DNA from: Eledone cirrhosa
Lineage: Eukaryota
Reading direction: 5' to 3'
Assembly: GCA_964016885.1 (NCBI GenBank)
Contig: OZ024740.1
Coordinates: 136,028,001-136,092,000 of the forward strand
DNA length: 64,000 nt
Position numbers and translations under genes: made by a program. Below are positions 13,757 through 26,450 of this stretch, piece after piece. The stretch's first letter is position 1. Each line of letters opens with the position of its first letter. The notes under the pieces are model-generated. The model had not been told where the DNA came from and did not search any database. It saw nothing but the letters and a program-made list of their open reading frames with translations.

Positions 13757-15592
13757 TTTTTGTCTTCTCTGCGCGTGCGTTTGCGTGTATGTATAGTGTT
13801 TGATGTGTGTTCGTGTTTGGGTGACTGTGTTTTGGTTATTGTATTCTATCTTAGTGTGTGTTTATATGTGTTTGTTGTTATTGTGCTTGTGTATGTATGT
13901 ATTTATTTATTTATTTATTTATATTTCTCTTAGGTAAGTATTGTTAGTTTGGGTGTTGTTGTTATTCCATTCATTTTTTCTGTTTAGCTTTGGCCTTCTA
14001 AGTTCTATTTCACTGGCCTCTCTGATTTGCCTATCTGCTGGGTCATTTCTATGTTTAGATATTATATTAATTTCTATGTTGTCTATGTTACCGTCATGTT
14101 GTTGTCTGACGTGTTAGTATAGTACTGACCCGTTTTTTCGTCCTTTTAGTTCCCCCAGTGTTGGTCTATCCTTTCACCTATGTTACGAGCTGTCTCGCCT
14201 GTGTATGTTGTTGTCATGTTTCTGCAAGTACCCTCTGTACATCTTATGGTATAGTTTTACAGTTTATCCGGGGGTTTACTTTACATATAATACATTTCCT
14301 ATTAGTACAGTTGGCTTTTTTAAAAGGGTATGTTTTGCTGATAAGGGATTTTATGGTGGTTCCTGGCTTTTCTGCTACCTTAATCTTTAAGTGGGTCTTT
14401 CTCAGAGGCCTTTCTACACTGGTTAGCTAATTTCCCTCCTGGGGTAGCGTCCACGAACATGACACTCTCGTATCTCTGGTTGTCGTACCATGAGGTGGCT
14501 TTCCCTATCTTATGTTTAGTCCTATCTAAGCTATTCCATGATTTGCTCCTATATAATGGGCAAATTCCTTTCATGTCCAGTTCTATGAGGTTCTTATACT
14601 TTTCCATGGCTCCTTCGTATACTCTGACTCTGTCTCTTTGGTTGTAGCCAGAGAACTGCATGCGGTTGATGAAGTGTTGGATGTGTCTTCCCATTTCTGT
14701 TGGGTCGCACATGCGGGACACGTTCTTCATCACTCGTACCAAGTCTGCGATCAGAATATTAAACTTAGCACTACTGGACATTGCTGAGTTTTTGAGTATT
14801 AGGTATTTGGAGGCTATGGGCTTAGCGTAGTGTGAGTGGAGACTTTGGGCTCTCTCGTCTATAGTGTTAATCCAGAGTTCCGTGACTAATACAGGTAGTC
14901 TATTGTTAGGGTGTTTGGAATGGTAGTCGATAGTTACAGTTATACTCTGGTGTATGGAATTAGCTATCTGCTGGATGCTTTCCATTGTGCTACATTCTAA
15001 ATCATACTTGTTAGTACTCTTTTGTGGGGATGTCCTTATTACTATATTGATGTCGTCTACGTAACGAGAGTACATAATGAGGTCTATGGAGCTCTCATCA
15101 AGGAGATCTTTGAGTCTCCTTTCCCACCATACCATAAAAAGGTTGGCAACGTCACCAGCTATGCTGACGCCAATGGCTGCTCCCTCATTTTGGGTGTAGA
15201 TCGTCTCGTTGAATTTGAATATGTGGCCCTTTAGGGTAGTTTTAATACTAGCCCCTATGCATGTGCGACCATTTTTCTTACCTGATCATTGTTTTGGGGA
15301 GTCCGTATAGCTTTGGTCCACCCAATCCACCTTCCCATGGGAGTCCTTTTTGACATTGAGGTTATGGTGGGGGGGGGGTCTACCTCTTATGGGTCTACTG
15401 GGACAGAAACGGCTAAGGTCATGGCTGTCTAGGTAGTCAGTGTCATAGGTAAGTCTAAGTAGGAGGCCCAGTTCGTCTGTATCGACGTCGCAGAACTCCA
15501 CTTCACCCTCACTGATCAAGTAACAATATTTGTTTCGACACACGATTTCATATAAAAAACCTCGCAAAACTATATATATATATATATATATA

Positions 15593-16119
15593 TGTTAAAA
15601 CAATGAAATAAAAAATCAAGTCATTAGAAATATACTTCACTGCTTTACGATCGTTTCTAGGCGATGATAATACATCGTAACTATACTTAGATTTATTATC
15701 ATCACCGAGAAACGATCGTAAAGCAGTGAAGTATATTTCTAATGACTTGATTTTTTTATTTCATTGTTTTAACTTATATCATGACTCTGTTTTCCTTTTA
15801 ATGTTTTATTATTTTCCGGGATTTATTTTAACCTACAACATTTTCAACATATGGATTACATTGAGTTCTTTATGCAGACGAGACCCCACAACTTACCGTG
15901 GATATCTCTGTGTGTATATATATCAGATCAGAGCAAACAGCACGGACACTCTATCTCAAAATTATTTTTGAAAAGCATTTAGAAATGCGCAACCGGTAAA
16001 AACTTAAAAACTTAAAACCACAACTGAATACTAACCCATACAATCACTAATACTCTTTTATTCCTAATTAAAACATTTTTCAACTGTGAACAATTTGTCA
16101 GCATTTTCTATTCCGTTTA

Positions 16120-16122
<3 letters not shown>
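15593..16122. repeat. Fold-back unit (~85-bp arms 15593-15678 / 15695-15772) with HHR 3' half and tail
   Basis: Near-perfect inverted repeat; GAAA-cgatcg-TA palindromic stem III at ~15709-15720; TA flanks. Confidence 0.75.
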
Positions 16123-16187
<65 letters not shown>

Positions 16188-16220
16188 CAATATATAATAT
16201 ATATATATATATATTATATA

Positions 16221-16245
<25 letters not shown>

Positions 16246-16254
<9 letters not shown>

Positions 16255-17160
16255 TTTTTCTAGGGCGGGTAAAATTCCCGAGATCCATGGACAAGTTCTC
16301 TCCAGCGGTCTCTGTCCCTCATTATCGCTGCCATGTCCTGCGTCTCCAACAGACTAGTGTCTGTCCTTAGGTCATCAACATGCGTTAACCTTGGTCTTCC
16401 TCTTCCAGTGTGTCCATGTAGGGGCTCTCACAGGAGCACTGAGTGAAATGTCAACTCTGGATCTCGGTGAGCATGTCCAGCTAACCTCAGTCTCCTCTGT
16501 GTCACTTTTGAGCTGACTTTTGGGAGGCTCCCATACAGCTCTGAGTTTTTCATCCTCAGTGTATACTGATTAATGTTCAGAGCCATCCTCAGCATTCTCG
16601 TGTAGCACCCATCCACCATCTGAGTGAGTTTCTTGGTCAGTGTCCAAGTCTCAGACCAGTACAGCAGCACAGACAGCTCGTAGCATAGGTGAAAGGATAG
16701 ACCAACACTGGGGGGGGGGGGGGACTAAAAGGACGAAAAAACAGTTCAGTACTATACGAACACGCCAAACAACAACGTGACGGTAACATAGACAACATAG
16801 AAATTAAAATAATATCTACAGCAATGAAGAGGCGGATTTTCAGGTCGTTACGAAGGTCCGACTTCCACACCGATCTCAAGCTGTGGCACGCCGCCCAGGC
16901 TTTGCTCTTACTCTCAACCACATCATATTCCATATTCCCAATCTTTGCTCCCAAATACAGGAAGTCCTCAACCAATTCTAGCGGCTTCCCGCCTACATTA
17001 GTCATCCCCTCTGGCTTCTCAACATTCTCTACCAGATATTTTGTTTTTGTCTCATTCATTCTCAGCCCCACACTCATCGACACAATCTCAACCTCCTGCA
17101 TCAAATCCTCTGCCTCCTTCACTGTATTTGTCATCAAAACTATGTCGTCGGCAAATTCAG
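16246..17160 (-). pseudogene. RTE-clade LINE 3' part (RT C-terminus, poly-A tail)
   Basis: EFADDIVL...GLRMNETKTKYL...FLYLGAKI...KIRLF...LLYWSETWTL...YTRMLRMALNI...LRLAGH; poly-T at 16246-16259 on plus. Confidence 0.9.
16672..16820 (+). mobile_element. ~150-bp PLE family-2 GIY-YIG fragment inserted in the RTE
   Basis: Matches 51179-51320 (TARSIGERIDQHW...NIEIKIIS); interrupts RTE peptide RLFIAV|SVLLY. Confidence 0.85.
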
Positions 17161-19590
17161 TATGACATTAAACTACATCCAGTGGTTCGGGAGTTCAGGA
17201 GCTGTGGGGAATGTGAAGTTACCCCTTAGTTGTCATAGCTCCCAGGTCTGCTCTGCCCCGGAGTAGTAGTACCTGTTAGGGCCCCATTTATGGGTTAAAT
17301 AACTACCTTATTCGAGTGGCGCCGGTAAGGTATTGTCAGCCATTGAAAAGAAATATGGAGAATCTATCTAACAGCACTAGGGTTAGAGCTCCTAATTACA
17401 CTATCAACGAGCAGTCTGGTCGTTATGTCTCTGCTGGCTTAGAGCCACAGGGAGGGCCAGTGGATGATGGATCAGCTGTCTCTGAGACAAATATAAAGAA
17501 TGCAGTTTTGTCCTGCAGAAGAGCCATCAAAATGGGCACTTTGTATGTGAGGACTATTCGGACGCTGGAGAAAATAGAGGAGTTGGGACATCTGTTCGAG
17601 GAGAGTGGTATACAGATACTTGCGATCCAAGAACACAGGATCCTACACGATGAGCCCGTGAGGAGTGTGATGATTGGGAAGATGAGCCAGCTCATCACCA
17701 CATCGGCAGCGAGGAACATGACCAATACTGCAGTAGGAGGAGTGGGTTTTGTTTTCAGCACGAAAACCAGTCTATTGGCGAGGGAAATAATACCTGTCTC
17801 CCCGCGAGTGTTGAGGGTGACCTTCAATAGAAACCCAAGACTGACAGTCATCTCAGCCTATAGTCCAACCGAGGGAGACAGTGATGTGAGTGCGGAAGAG
17901 TTCCATGAGAGGGTGTGTAGAGCTGTCAACACCACACAAGCACACAACATCCTACTTGTTTTGGGGGACTTCAATGCACATCTGAGTAAGGAGGGCAGTG
18001 AAGATCCTTGCTGGTACTTCCATAACAACACCAACCGAAATGGAAGACTACTGAGAGACACTCTGCTGGAGGCGAACTTGATAGCGACCAACCTAAGGTT
18101 TAGGAAGAATCCGGGGAAGATGTGGACCTACATCTCAGATATGCACCTGTCGAAGTCCCAGATTGATTTCATTCTGGTGAGGAAAAAGTGGCGGAATAGT
18201 GTTCTGAACACAGAACCATACAACTATTTCAGTACACTTGGTAGTGACCACCGGCTTGTTATGAGTGAGGTCCGGGTGAGCTTAAGAAAGAGCAAGGTTC
18301 AGCCCCGAAGAGCAATCTATGACTGGGGAGCTTTCAATGAAGATGATAAGCTACAGGAGAGGTTCACAGTGAAAGTGAGGAACAGGTTCAGTGCTCTGTG
18401 TGGAGAGACAGAGGAGAGAGAGACTGGATGAACTGAGGAGAGTGTGACGATGAGGTACGGGCACTTCACCAATGCAGTGGCGGAAGCAAGTAAGACCCTG
18501 GTGCGGAGAAGAAGAACAAAAGGAAGCACGTCAGCTCTGCAGACCCAAAAGTGTGCGCAGCCAGAGAACACCTGAAAGCTGCCAAGGACCAATTCTATGC
18601 TGATCCTACGGAGGAGAGGATGGAGACTGTGGAGGTGATGAGGGAAGAACTCTGTACCGCTTACACTGAGGCCAGAGAAGAGGCACTGATATAGAAGATC
18701 AGAAGTGTGGAGAGAGCGGTTGACAGGTCTGGATGTAAGGAGAGCTGGATGATCATCAACGAGATCACAGGGAGGAAGAGAAGGTGTTCGAGTCAGATCC
18801 AGGGAACAGGGCCTGAGGATAGGAAGAGAAAATGGCTAGACCATTTTAGGACCCTACTAGGAGAGCCGCCCTCCACAGTCCAGAGCACTGGGGAGATCAG
18901 ACGGCTGTTTGAAGAACTGGATATTGATACAGAGCCCTTCACCAGAGAGGAGCTTCAGAGAGCCAAGAAGAGGATCAAGGAGGGCAAGGCTCATGGAGAA
19001 GATGGAGTGGGATCAGAGGTGATGAAGAGGTGTGATTTTGATGATATCATCCTGGAGTTCTGTAACCACGCACTGGAGAAAGGAGTTGCCCCGAATCAGT
19101 GGAGGATCAGTAACATCGTCCCAGTGCCAAAGAAGGGAGATCTCTCTAATACCAACGACTACAGGGGAATCTCACTGACGTCACTTGTGGCAAAGACCCT
19201 CAACAGGATGATTCTTAACAGGATCCAGCCTGAGATGGAGAAGAATCTCAGGGACAACCAGAACGGCTTCAGAGAGGGAAGATCAACCACCAGTCACATC
19301 CTGATGCTGAGAGGGATATTAGAGGGAGCTAGAGCAAAGTGCCTTCCTGCGATCATGGTTTTCATTGACTTTAGGAAGGCCTTTGATTCTGTGGACCGTC
19401 ACTGCCTAATGAAGATCTTACAGGCTTATGGAATCCCCAAGAAGATAGTGGACCTGATATCACTGCTCTACACCAACACCAAAGCCCAAGTCATTACACC
19501 TGATGGGATGACAGAGTTCTTTGAGATACTGGCTGGAGTGCTCCAGGGAGTTACATTGGCTCCCTACCTTTTTATCATCGTAGTGGACTA
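17161..19590 (+). mobile_element. RTE-clade LINE 5' part: 5' UTR, APE endonuclease, RT N-terminal half (stop/frameshifts)
   Basis: ORF 17316-18431 LAIQEHR, YSPT, LGDFNAH, QIDFILV, SDHRLV; ORF 18707- PVPKKGD, YRGISL, QNGFR, FIDFRKAFDSV, GVLQG..LAPYLFIIVVDY. Confidence 0.92.
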
Positions 19591-20227
19591 TATAAATACG
19601 TATATAACGAGCGCACACACATACCTACATGTAAATACACATATGTTCGCAGACGTACGTCAACCAAAACACATAGTACACATCTACACACACCCTACAT
19701 ACGTACGAACCCGCATACTCACACAGACGCAAACCTCACGTATACACATAACCAAATGTATATGTACCAGTATATATAATATATACGCCATAATATATAC
19801 AAGCAAATATACGTACGAGAAAGTATACGTACCTTCACAAAACATACAGGTAATATATACTTACCTATACAAATAAGTAATGGTATAAACATAACATATA
19901 CTTAGCTACCATATCAAGACGTAAAATATCCGCGTATAGTTCGTACTATCCGTTAGGGTATAATGTGGGGTTGTAATACAGGAAAGTTTTGTGCAATTTA
20001 TGTTTACAAGCCGAAATTGCCTCAGATTTTTTGTTTAAGATGTGGTCTTTGGCGTAGAGTATTTCCAGGGCCTCAGCGGCGCAGAGGTCACAAGGTCTTT
20101 TATTTCCGTTATACGATCTAGCCCTAGCAAGGATCTCCCAGTGTAACTTATATTGGGTGAGGTTGTCTTTTAGACTCCAGATATAAGCTGAAAGTGACGT
20201 CATATTCCTTCTTAAAGAATGGGTATG
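19590..20227 (-). mobile_element. Naiad-type PLE 3' fragment (GIY-YIG C-terminus plus 3' UTR)
   Basis: TSLSAYIWSLK...W.IL...CDLCAAEALEIL...LNKKSEAISACKH, homologous to the end of ORF 22272-24281. Confidence 0.8.
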
Positions 20228-20285
20228 CATATATAATATATATATATTATATATATATATATATAATATATATTATATATATATA

Positions 20286-20349
<64 letters not shown>

Positions 20350-20847
20350 ATATATATAATATATATATATATATATAATATATATAATATATATATATAT
20401 AATATATATAATATATATATATATAATATATATAATATATATATATATATATAATATATATAATATATATAATATATATATATATAATATATATAATATA
20501 TATATACATATAATATATATTATATATATAATATATATACATATATATATAATATATATACATATATATATAATATATATATAATATATATACATATATA
20601 TATAATATATATATAATATATATACATATATATATAATATATATATATATATAATATATACACATATATATATATATATATATATACAATATATATATAT
20701 AATATATATATATTATATATTATATATATATATAATATATATATATATATAATATATATATATATATAATATATATATATAGAATATATATATATATATA
20801 ATATATATATATAGAATATATATATATATATAATATATATATATAGA

Positions 20848-20882
<35 letters not shown>

Positions 20883-20927
20883 ATATTATATATATATAAT
20901 ATATATATATATTATATATATATATAT

Positions 20928-20958
<31 letters not shown>

Positions 20959-20997
20959 ATATATATATATATTATATATATATATATAATATATATA

Positions 20998-21054
<57 letters not shown>

Positions 21055-21355
21055 TATATATATTATATATATATTATATATATATATTATATATATATAT
21101 TATATATATATATTATATATATATATTATATATATATATTATATATATATATTATATATATATATTATATATATATATTATATATATATATTATATATAT
21201 ATATATAATATATATATTATATATATTATATATATATATATATATATATTACATATATATATATATATATATATATATTACATATATATATTATATATAT
21301 ATATATTATATATATATATATTACATATATATATTATATATATATATATTACATA

Positions 21356-21437
<82 letters not shown>
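20228..21437. repeat. 1.2-kb interrupted (TA)n tract
   Basis: Directly visible. Confidence 0.95.
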
Positions 21438-21439
<2 letters not shown>

Positions 21440-21799
21440 GATATTAAACAAATGGAAACTATATTTATAAAACCATATTTATTTCGTTATATATATTTCT
21501 GGGATATCATATTAAAAATATGTTATGCCTACTATGTTTTTTTTTTCACCATCAATGTATTTCTCTCTATCCTTGTCTCTCTATCTCGCTCCGTTGTTTT
21601 TCTTTACATACATCTCTTTTCTCTTTGCATACATCTCTTCATCTTCTTTTTATTTACATACATCTCTTCACCTTCTTCTTCTCATCTTCGTTTTCTTTCT
21701 ATATAACTATCATAACAGTTTCACTACCAAATCAACTTTTTTAAAAGGAAGTTGCATTCTCAAAAGGTATGTCACTAATTATTTATAAAACAGCTTATG

Positions 21800-21873
21800 T
21801 ATTGTATTTTGTCTGAGGAAGGCATAACATATTTTTATATGATATCCCAGAAATATATATAACGAAATAAATA
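21800..21873 (+). ncRNA. Hammerhead in 5' pLTR
   Basis: tattgtattttgt-CTGAGGA-long imperfect stem II-GAAA-tatata-TA-acgaaataaata. Confidence 0.75.
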
Positions 21874-22050
21874 TGGTTTTATAAATATAGTTTCCATTTG
21901 TTTAATATCGTAAACCTACTCCAGAAACTGTCGAGTGCTTTTATATCAGTTATAAAATATTTACTCGTTGTAACCCAACAATCTTAAATAAAACTTTTGC
22001 ATATATTTTGCTCCAATACCGTTAAGCGCTTTATATTATAACTGAAAAAA

Positions 22051-24281
22051 ATGGAATTCTTTAAGATCTCTTCTTCTCTAAAAGACATACCTCTACCTAG
22101 AAACAAGGACTTTATTAAACAACTAATAGATAAATCAGACTCCTTTATAAGGAGAATCAGGTGGCGTGCATTCCACTTTGATAAATCTAAATCTAACGTA
22201 AATGAAAATGCCTCACACCTAGACAGAGTCTTCAAATCTAAAAAAAATCCCCCCCCCCCCCCAACAAACTTTTGAATGATTTTGAAAACGATATAATTTC
22301 TATCATACAAGGAGTCAGATTCAAGAGAAGCTTCAATGGCCAGGAATATCTGAAAAGCATTAAGGATAACATTGCGAGCTTAGAGAGAACAGAGAAGATC
22401 TTGGTGAGATCGGACAAAACCAACAACCTCTATGGAGTGGAAAAAGACATGTATAATGGCCTCATACTGAAAGAACTAAGGAAAAAGTACAAGGTAGCAG
22501 ATAAGGCTGAACTTGAGAAAATGAATGTTGAGGCATCATGTATAATGCATGAGTTGGAAATTGAGAACAAAACACAACCTTTCGTGCCTAGGAAACCCAA
22601 GATCAATATGAAAGATCACAAGAGAAATTTTGAAAATGACTTGCCAGTCAGGTTGATTGCACCATCAAAATCTGACCTGGGTAAACTTAGCAAGAACATT
22701 CTAGACAGAGTGATACAGCAAATTAAGGACTCGAATTGTTTACCTGGCTTGACCTTGTGGAAGGGTACTGGAGAGGTCATTGAGTGGTTTAATGAAATTA
22801 AATATAACAATAATAATAAATTTATTCAACTAGATATTGCTAACTACTATTCATCCATTACCCCTAATCTACTTAATAAGGCACTAAATTACGCATTCAA
22901 GCATACAGACCTAACTAGCAATGAAATGCACATTATATTATCGGCAAGGAAAACTTTGATAGAATTTAATAACCAACTATGGACTAGAGCAGATAGAGAT
23001 AATAATTTTGACATTACTATGGGATCATCAGACTCAGCTCAGGTAACGGACCTTGTGGGCCTATTTATAATTAATTCGCTGCATTGGAAAATACCCGGTG
23101 TTACCGGAGGTTTATATAGAGATGACATGCTTTTACTTATTGAAAATAATAACTCTGAACTAAATAAGAAAAGAAAACAAATTATACAATTTTTTAATTA
23201 CCTTAATCTAAAAATAGAAATTGAGAATAACCATAGAATAGTCAATTTCCTAGACGTAACATTTAATCTCAACACTTGTCTTCACTATCCATTTCACAAG
23301 TTAAATGAAAACTTGAATTATGTCAATTTTAGCTCCAATCACCCCAGATCTGTCAAAAATACTATAGTAAACTCTGTTCAAAAACGTATCTCTAGAATCT
23401 CTTCCAATAAAAATATTTTTGACGAAAAAGCCCAATATTATAATGATGCTTTAGCTAGAGCAGGATATAGTGATAAAATTATGTACATCGATAATAGACA
23501 AACAAACCAAAATAACAACAATTTTAATTACAGTAACAACTTTAACAACTATAATAGAAAGCACTACAATAATTTCAAAAACCAGAAAAGAAATAGAACT
23601 AGAAATATAATATGGTTTGCTCCCCCTTTCTCACTAAACATTAAAACCCACATCGCTAAACTATTTTTTAATGCTCTTGACAAACGCTTCCCTAGAACAC
23701 ATAAGTATCACTCAATTTTTAATAGACATACTATAAAATTAACGTACTCGTCCACCAAAAATTTAGCACAAAATATTAATAGAATAAATAATAGGAATCT
23801 AAAACCTAGTCAAAATACCGAAAATAGCCTAAACAATATTCAACTAAAAAACTGTAACTGTAGAGATAGATCTAAATGTCCGCTAAATAACAATTGCTTA
23901 GTTAAAAATATAATATACAACTGTAATGTTAGAACTGATTTAAATTCTTTTAATTATGTTGGTTCCACCTCGACAGAATTTAAACTTCGCTATAATAATC
24001 ACAAAAATTCTTTCACGGATCCAAATAAAAAATCATCAACATCGCTGTCAGGGCTTCTCTGGCAACTTAAGCATGATAAAGTTGGATATTCGATGGTTTG
24101 GAATATAGTCTCAAAAGGGATTCCTTTTAATTCCTCTTCTGAGACTTGTGACCTCTGCGCGGAGGAGATATTCTTTATATTAAAATCTAAAAATTCCCTT
24201 AATTTACGAACCAATTTATTCAGCTGTTGCAGACATAGATTGAACTCAACATTTAAATATAAATATAAATTTAAAATGTAG
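22051..24281 (+). CDS. PLE polyprotein (RT + C-terminal GIY-YIG with Cys/His Zn motifs); one frameshift at the A/C homopolymer ~22240-22262
   Basis: KDIPLP...FIRRIRWRAF, SDKTNNLY, LDIANYYSSI, FDITMGS, GLYRDD, NFLDVTFNL, SNHP, CNC..CPL..C, IIY..YVGST, CDLC...CRH. Confidence 0.9.
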
Positions 24282-25509
24282 TATAAAATGTAGTATATTT
24301 ACTTAAGATATTTGACTATTTGTGATACTTGGCGATAAATCTTTCGATTCCTTTAATTTTTTTTAAAACCTTTCCGCATGAATATATAATTAATGAGATT
24401 AAATAAACTACCCTAAAATTGGCGTTGGTCCCAATCTTTTGAATAAATTTTTAAGCTGGATAAACTTCTATAATAAATATAAGAGCATTTGTAGAATAAG
24501 TTTTGAATGATTTCTGATAAATAAGGCTTGGTGAGCAATTTTGGTCTTGTTTGCTTTGACTCTGATTCTATGACCGATATGCGTGGCATACTATGTTCTC
24601 TTGCGTCCCTAGATACTCTGTGGAGTGACGAAGATATTCTTGGCGTTTTTAATTTTAATATTGATATCTGTTGTCTACTCTATGCTTGATCGATGATTGT
24701 TTTAGATGTTAATGTATATCTTATATGTTTTGTGTCTATATATATGTATATATGTATGTAAATGTATGTAGGGTGGAATCTCTTCTAACGCATTGAAGCT
24801 TTTCTTTTCTGACACATTGAAGTTTTTCATGAAATATAAGAATCAGTGCAGCGTATCACCTAGGTTCACATGTGCGTCTTTATTTATCAACTTGAATTTG
24901 AGATAACCTTCTCTTTTCTCATTTTTCACGAGAATGCATATATACTTATGTTTGAAGTTTTGTCTCAGATTTTGCTTATAGACCTAAGAATTTTTAAAAT
25001 GAGCATGTGGTCATTTTTTTTTTTACACATTATAGATATGTGTCTCATTCATGAATACTGGTATTTACATTATAGTGCCTAATTCATAAAAATTGATAAT
25101 TCAAATGGATGAGACATAATATATTTTTAATATATTTTAAATATATCATCTTTCTTTCTTTTTCTCCTATACACTAATCTAACTGTATCCCTTCCCTTAA
25201 CCCCTCACATATACGATGATCATCTGTCAAAATGCAGCCTACTATGTTTTTTTTTTCACCATCAATGTATTTCTCTCTATCCTTGTCTCTCTATCTCGCT
25301 CCGTAGTTTTTCTTTACATACATCTCTTTTCTCTTTGCATACATCTCTTCATCTTCTTTTTATTTACATACATCTCTTCACCTTCTTCTTCTCATCTTCG
25401 TTTTCTTTCTATATAACTATCATAACAGTTTCACTACCAAATCAACTTTTTTAAAAGGAAGTTGCATTCTCAAAAGGTATGTCACTAATTATTTATAAAA
25501 CAGCTTATG

Positions 25510-25584
25510 TATTGTATTTTGTCTGAGGAAGGCATAACATATTTTTAATATGATATCCCAGAAATATATATAACGAAATAAATA
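25510..25584 (+). ncRNA. Hammerhead in 3' pLTR
   Basis: Same motif as 21800-21873. Confidence 0.75.
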
Positions 25585-25708
25585 TGGTTTTATAAATATA
25601 GTTTCCATTTGTTTAATATCGTAAACCTACTCCAGAAACTGTCGAGTGCTTTTATATCAGTTATAAAATATTTACTCGTTGTAACCCAACAATCTTAAAT
25701 AAAACTTT

Positions 25709-25760
<52 letters not shown>

Positions 25761-26211
25761 TATATATATATATATATAATATATATATATATATATAAGA
25801 ATTGAAATACTAGAGTGTGTTGGAGTTAAACACCCTCTTCGTATTATAGAAATGACAGTAAAGGTATAGCTCAATGTAATTAAACAGAGCCGAAGAATTA
25901 TGAAAATAAATCAAAGAAGCCTTCAATACATCAAAAGTCTTTATTATTATTATTATCATTATTAATTATATTATATTATATTATATTATATTATGTATAG
26001 TACAATAATTCCACCTCTGTTTTAGCTCTAGTTTTTGCATTGGACTATATTTGTAATATGGTTCAAAATGTTACTTACTTCCTTAGCAATTAGCACTTGA
26101 TAATTTTTTACTTGATGATTTTTACCCGATTATTTTCCTATGATTTAATCTATGTACACTCCATATTCTTCTGAGTTTTCGGCTTGTATTGGCTGATAGT
26201 GCTTCTTATAG

Positions 26212-26265
26212 CTTTAATTGCCCTGATGAGTCCTTAATAGGACGAAACATTGTTGGCTAATAAAG
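26212..26265 (+). ncRNA. Minimal type I hammerhead in fold-back unit 25798-26306
   Basis: gcc-CTGATGA-gtcct taat aggac-GAAA-cattg-TT-ggc; 26258-26304 is inverted at 25899-25946. Confidence 0.8.
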
Positions 26266-26326
26266 ACTTTTGATGTATTGAAGGCTTCTTTGATTTATTT
26301 TCATAATATATATATATATATAATAC

Positions 26327-26372
<46 letters not shown>

Positions 26373-26390
26373 CATATATATATATATAAT

Positions 26391-26422
<32 letters not shown>

Positions 26423-26450
26423 ATATATATATATAATATATAGATTAATG

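Larger units (their letters stand above)
13244..15570 (-). mobile_element. 5'-truncated Penelope-like element (RT + GIY-YIG), family 2, degenerate
   Basis: ORF 14380-15135 YSRYVDD/HYAKP; closely similar to 47794-49920; HHR in 3' UTR; inverted tail at 15520-15570; TA flanks. Confidence 0.9.
21438..25712 (+). mobile_element. Near-complete Naiad-type Penelope-like retroelement: inverted pLTR stub + pLTR + ORF + 3' UTR + pLTR + tail
   Basis: Direct repeats ~21527-22000 and ~25237-25712 near-identical; 21438-21530 is the reverse complement of 21820-21912; (TA)n on both sides. Confidence 0.92.

Noticed and set aside
20228-21437. Interruptions switch from AA-type on the left to TT-type on the right (quasi-palindrome)
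   Set aside because: Cannot be separated from long-read consensus error in hairpin-forming TA tracts without raw reads
22051-25236. Selenocysteine recoding, reported for some Naiad PLEs
   Set aside because: The main ORF has no in-frame TGA and ends in TAG; no SECIS recognised by eye
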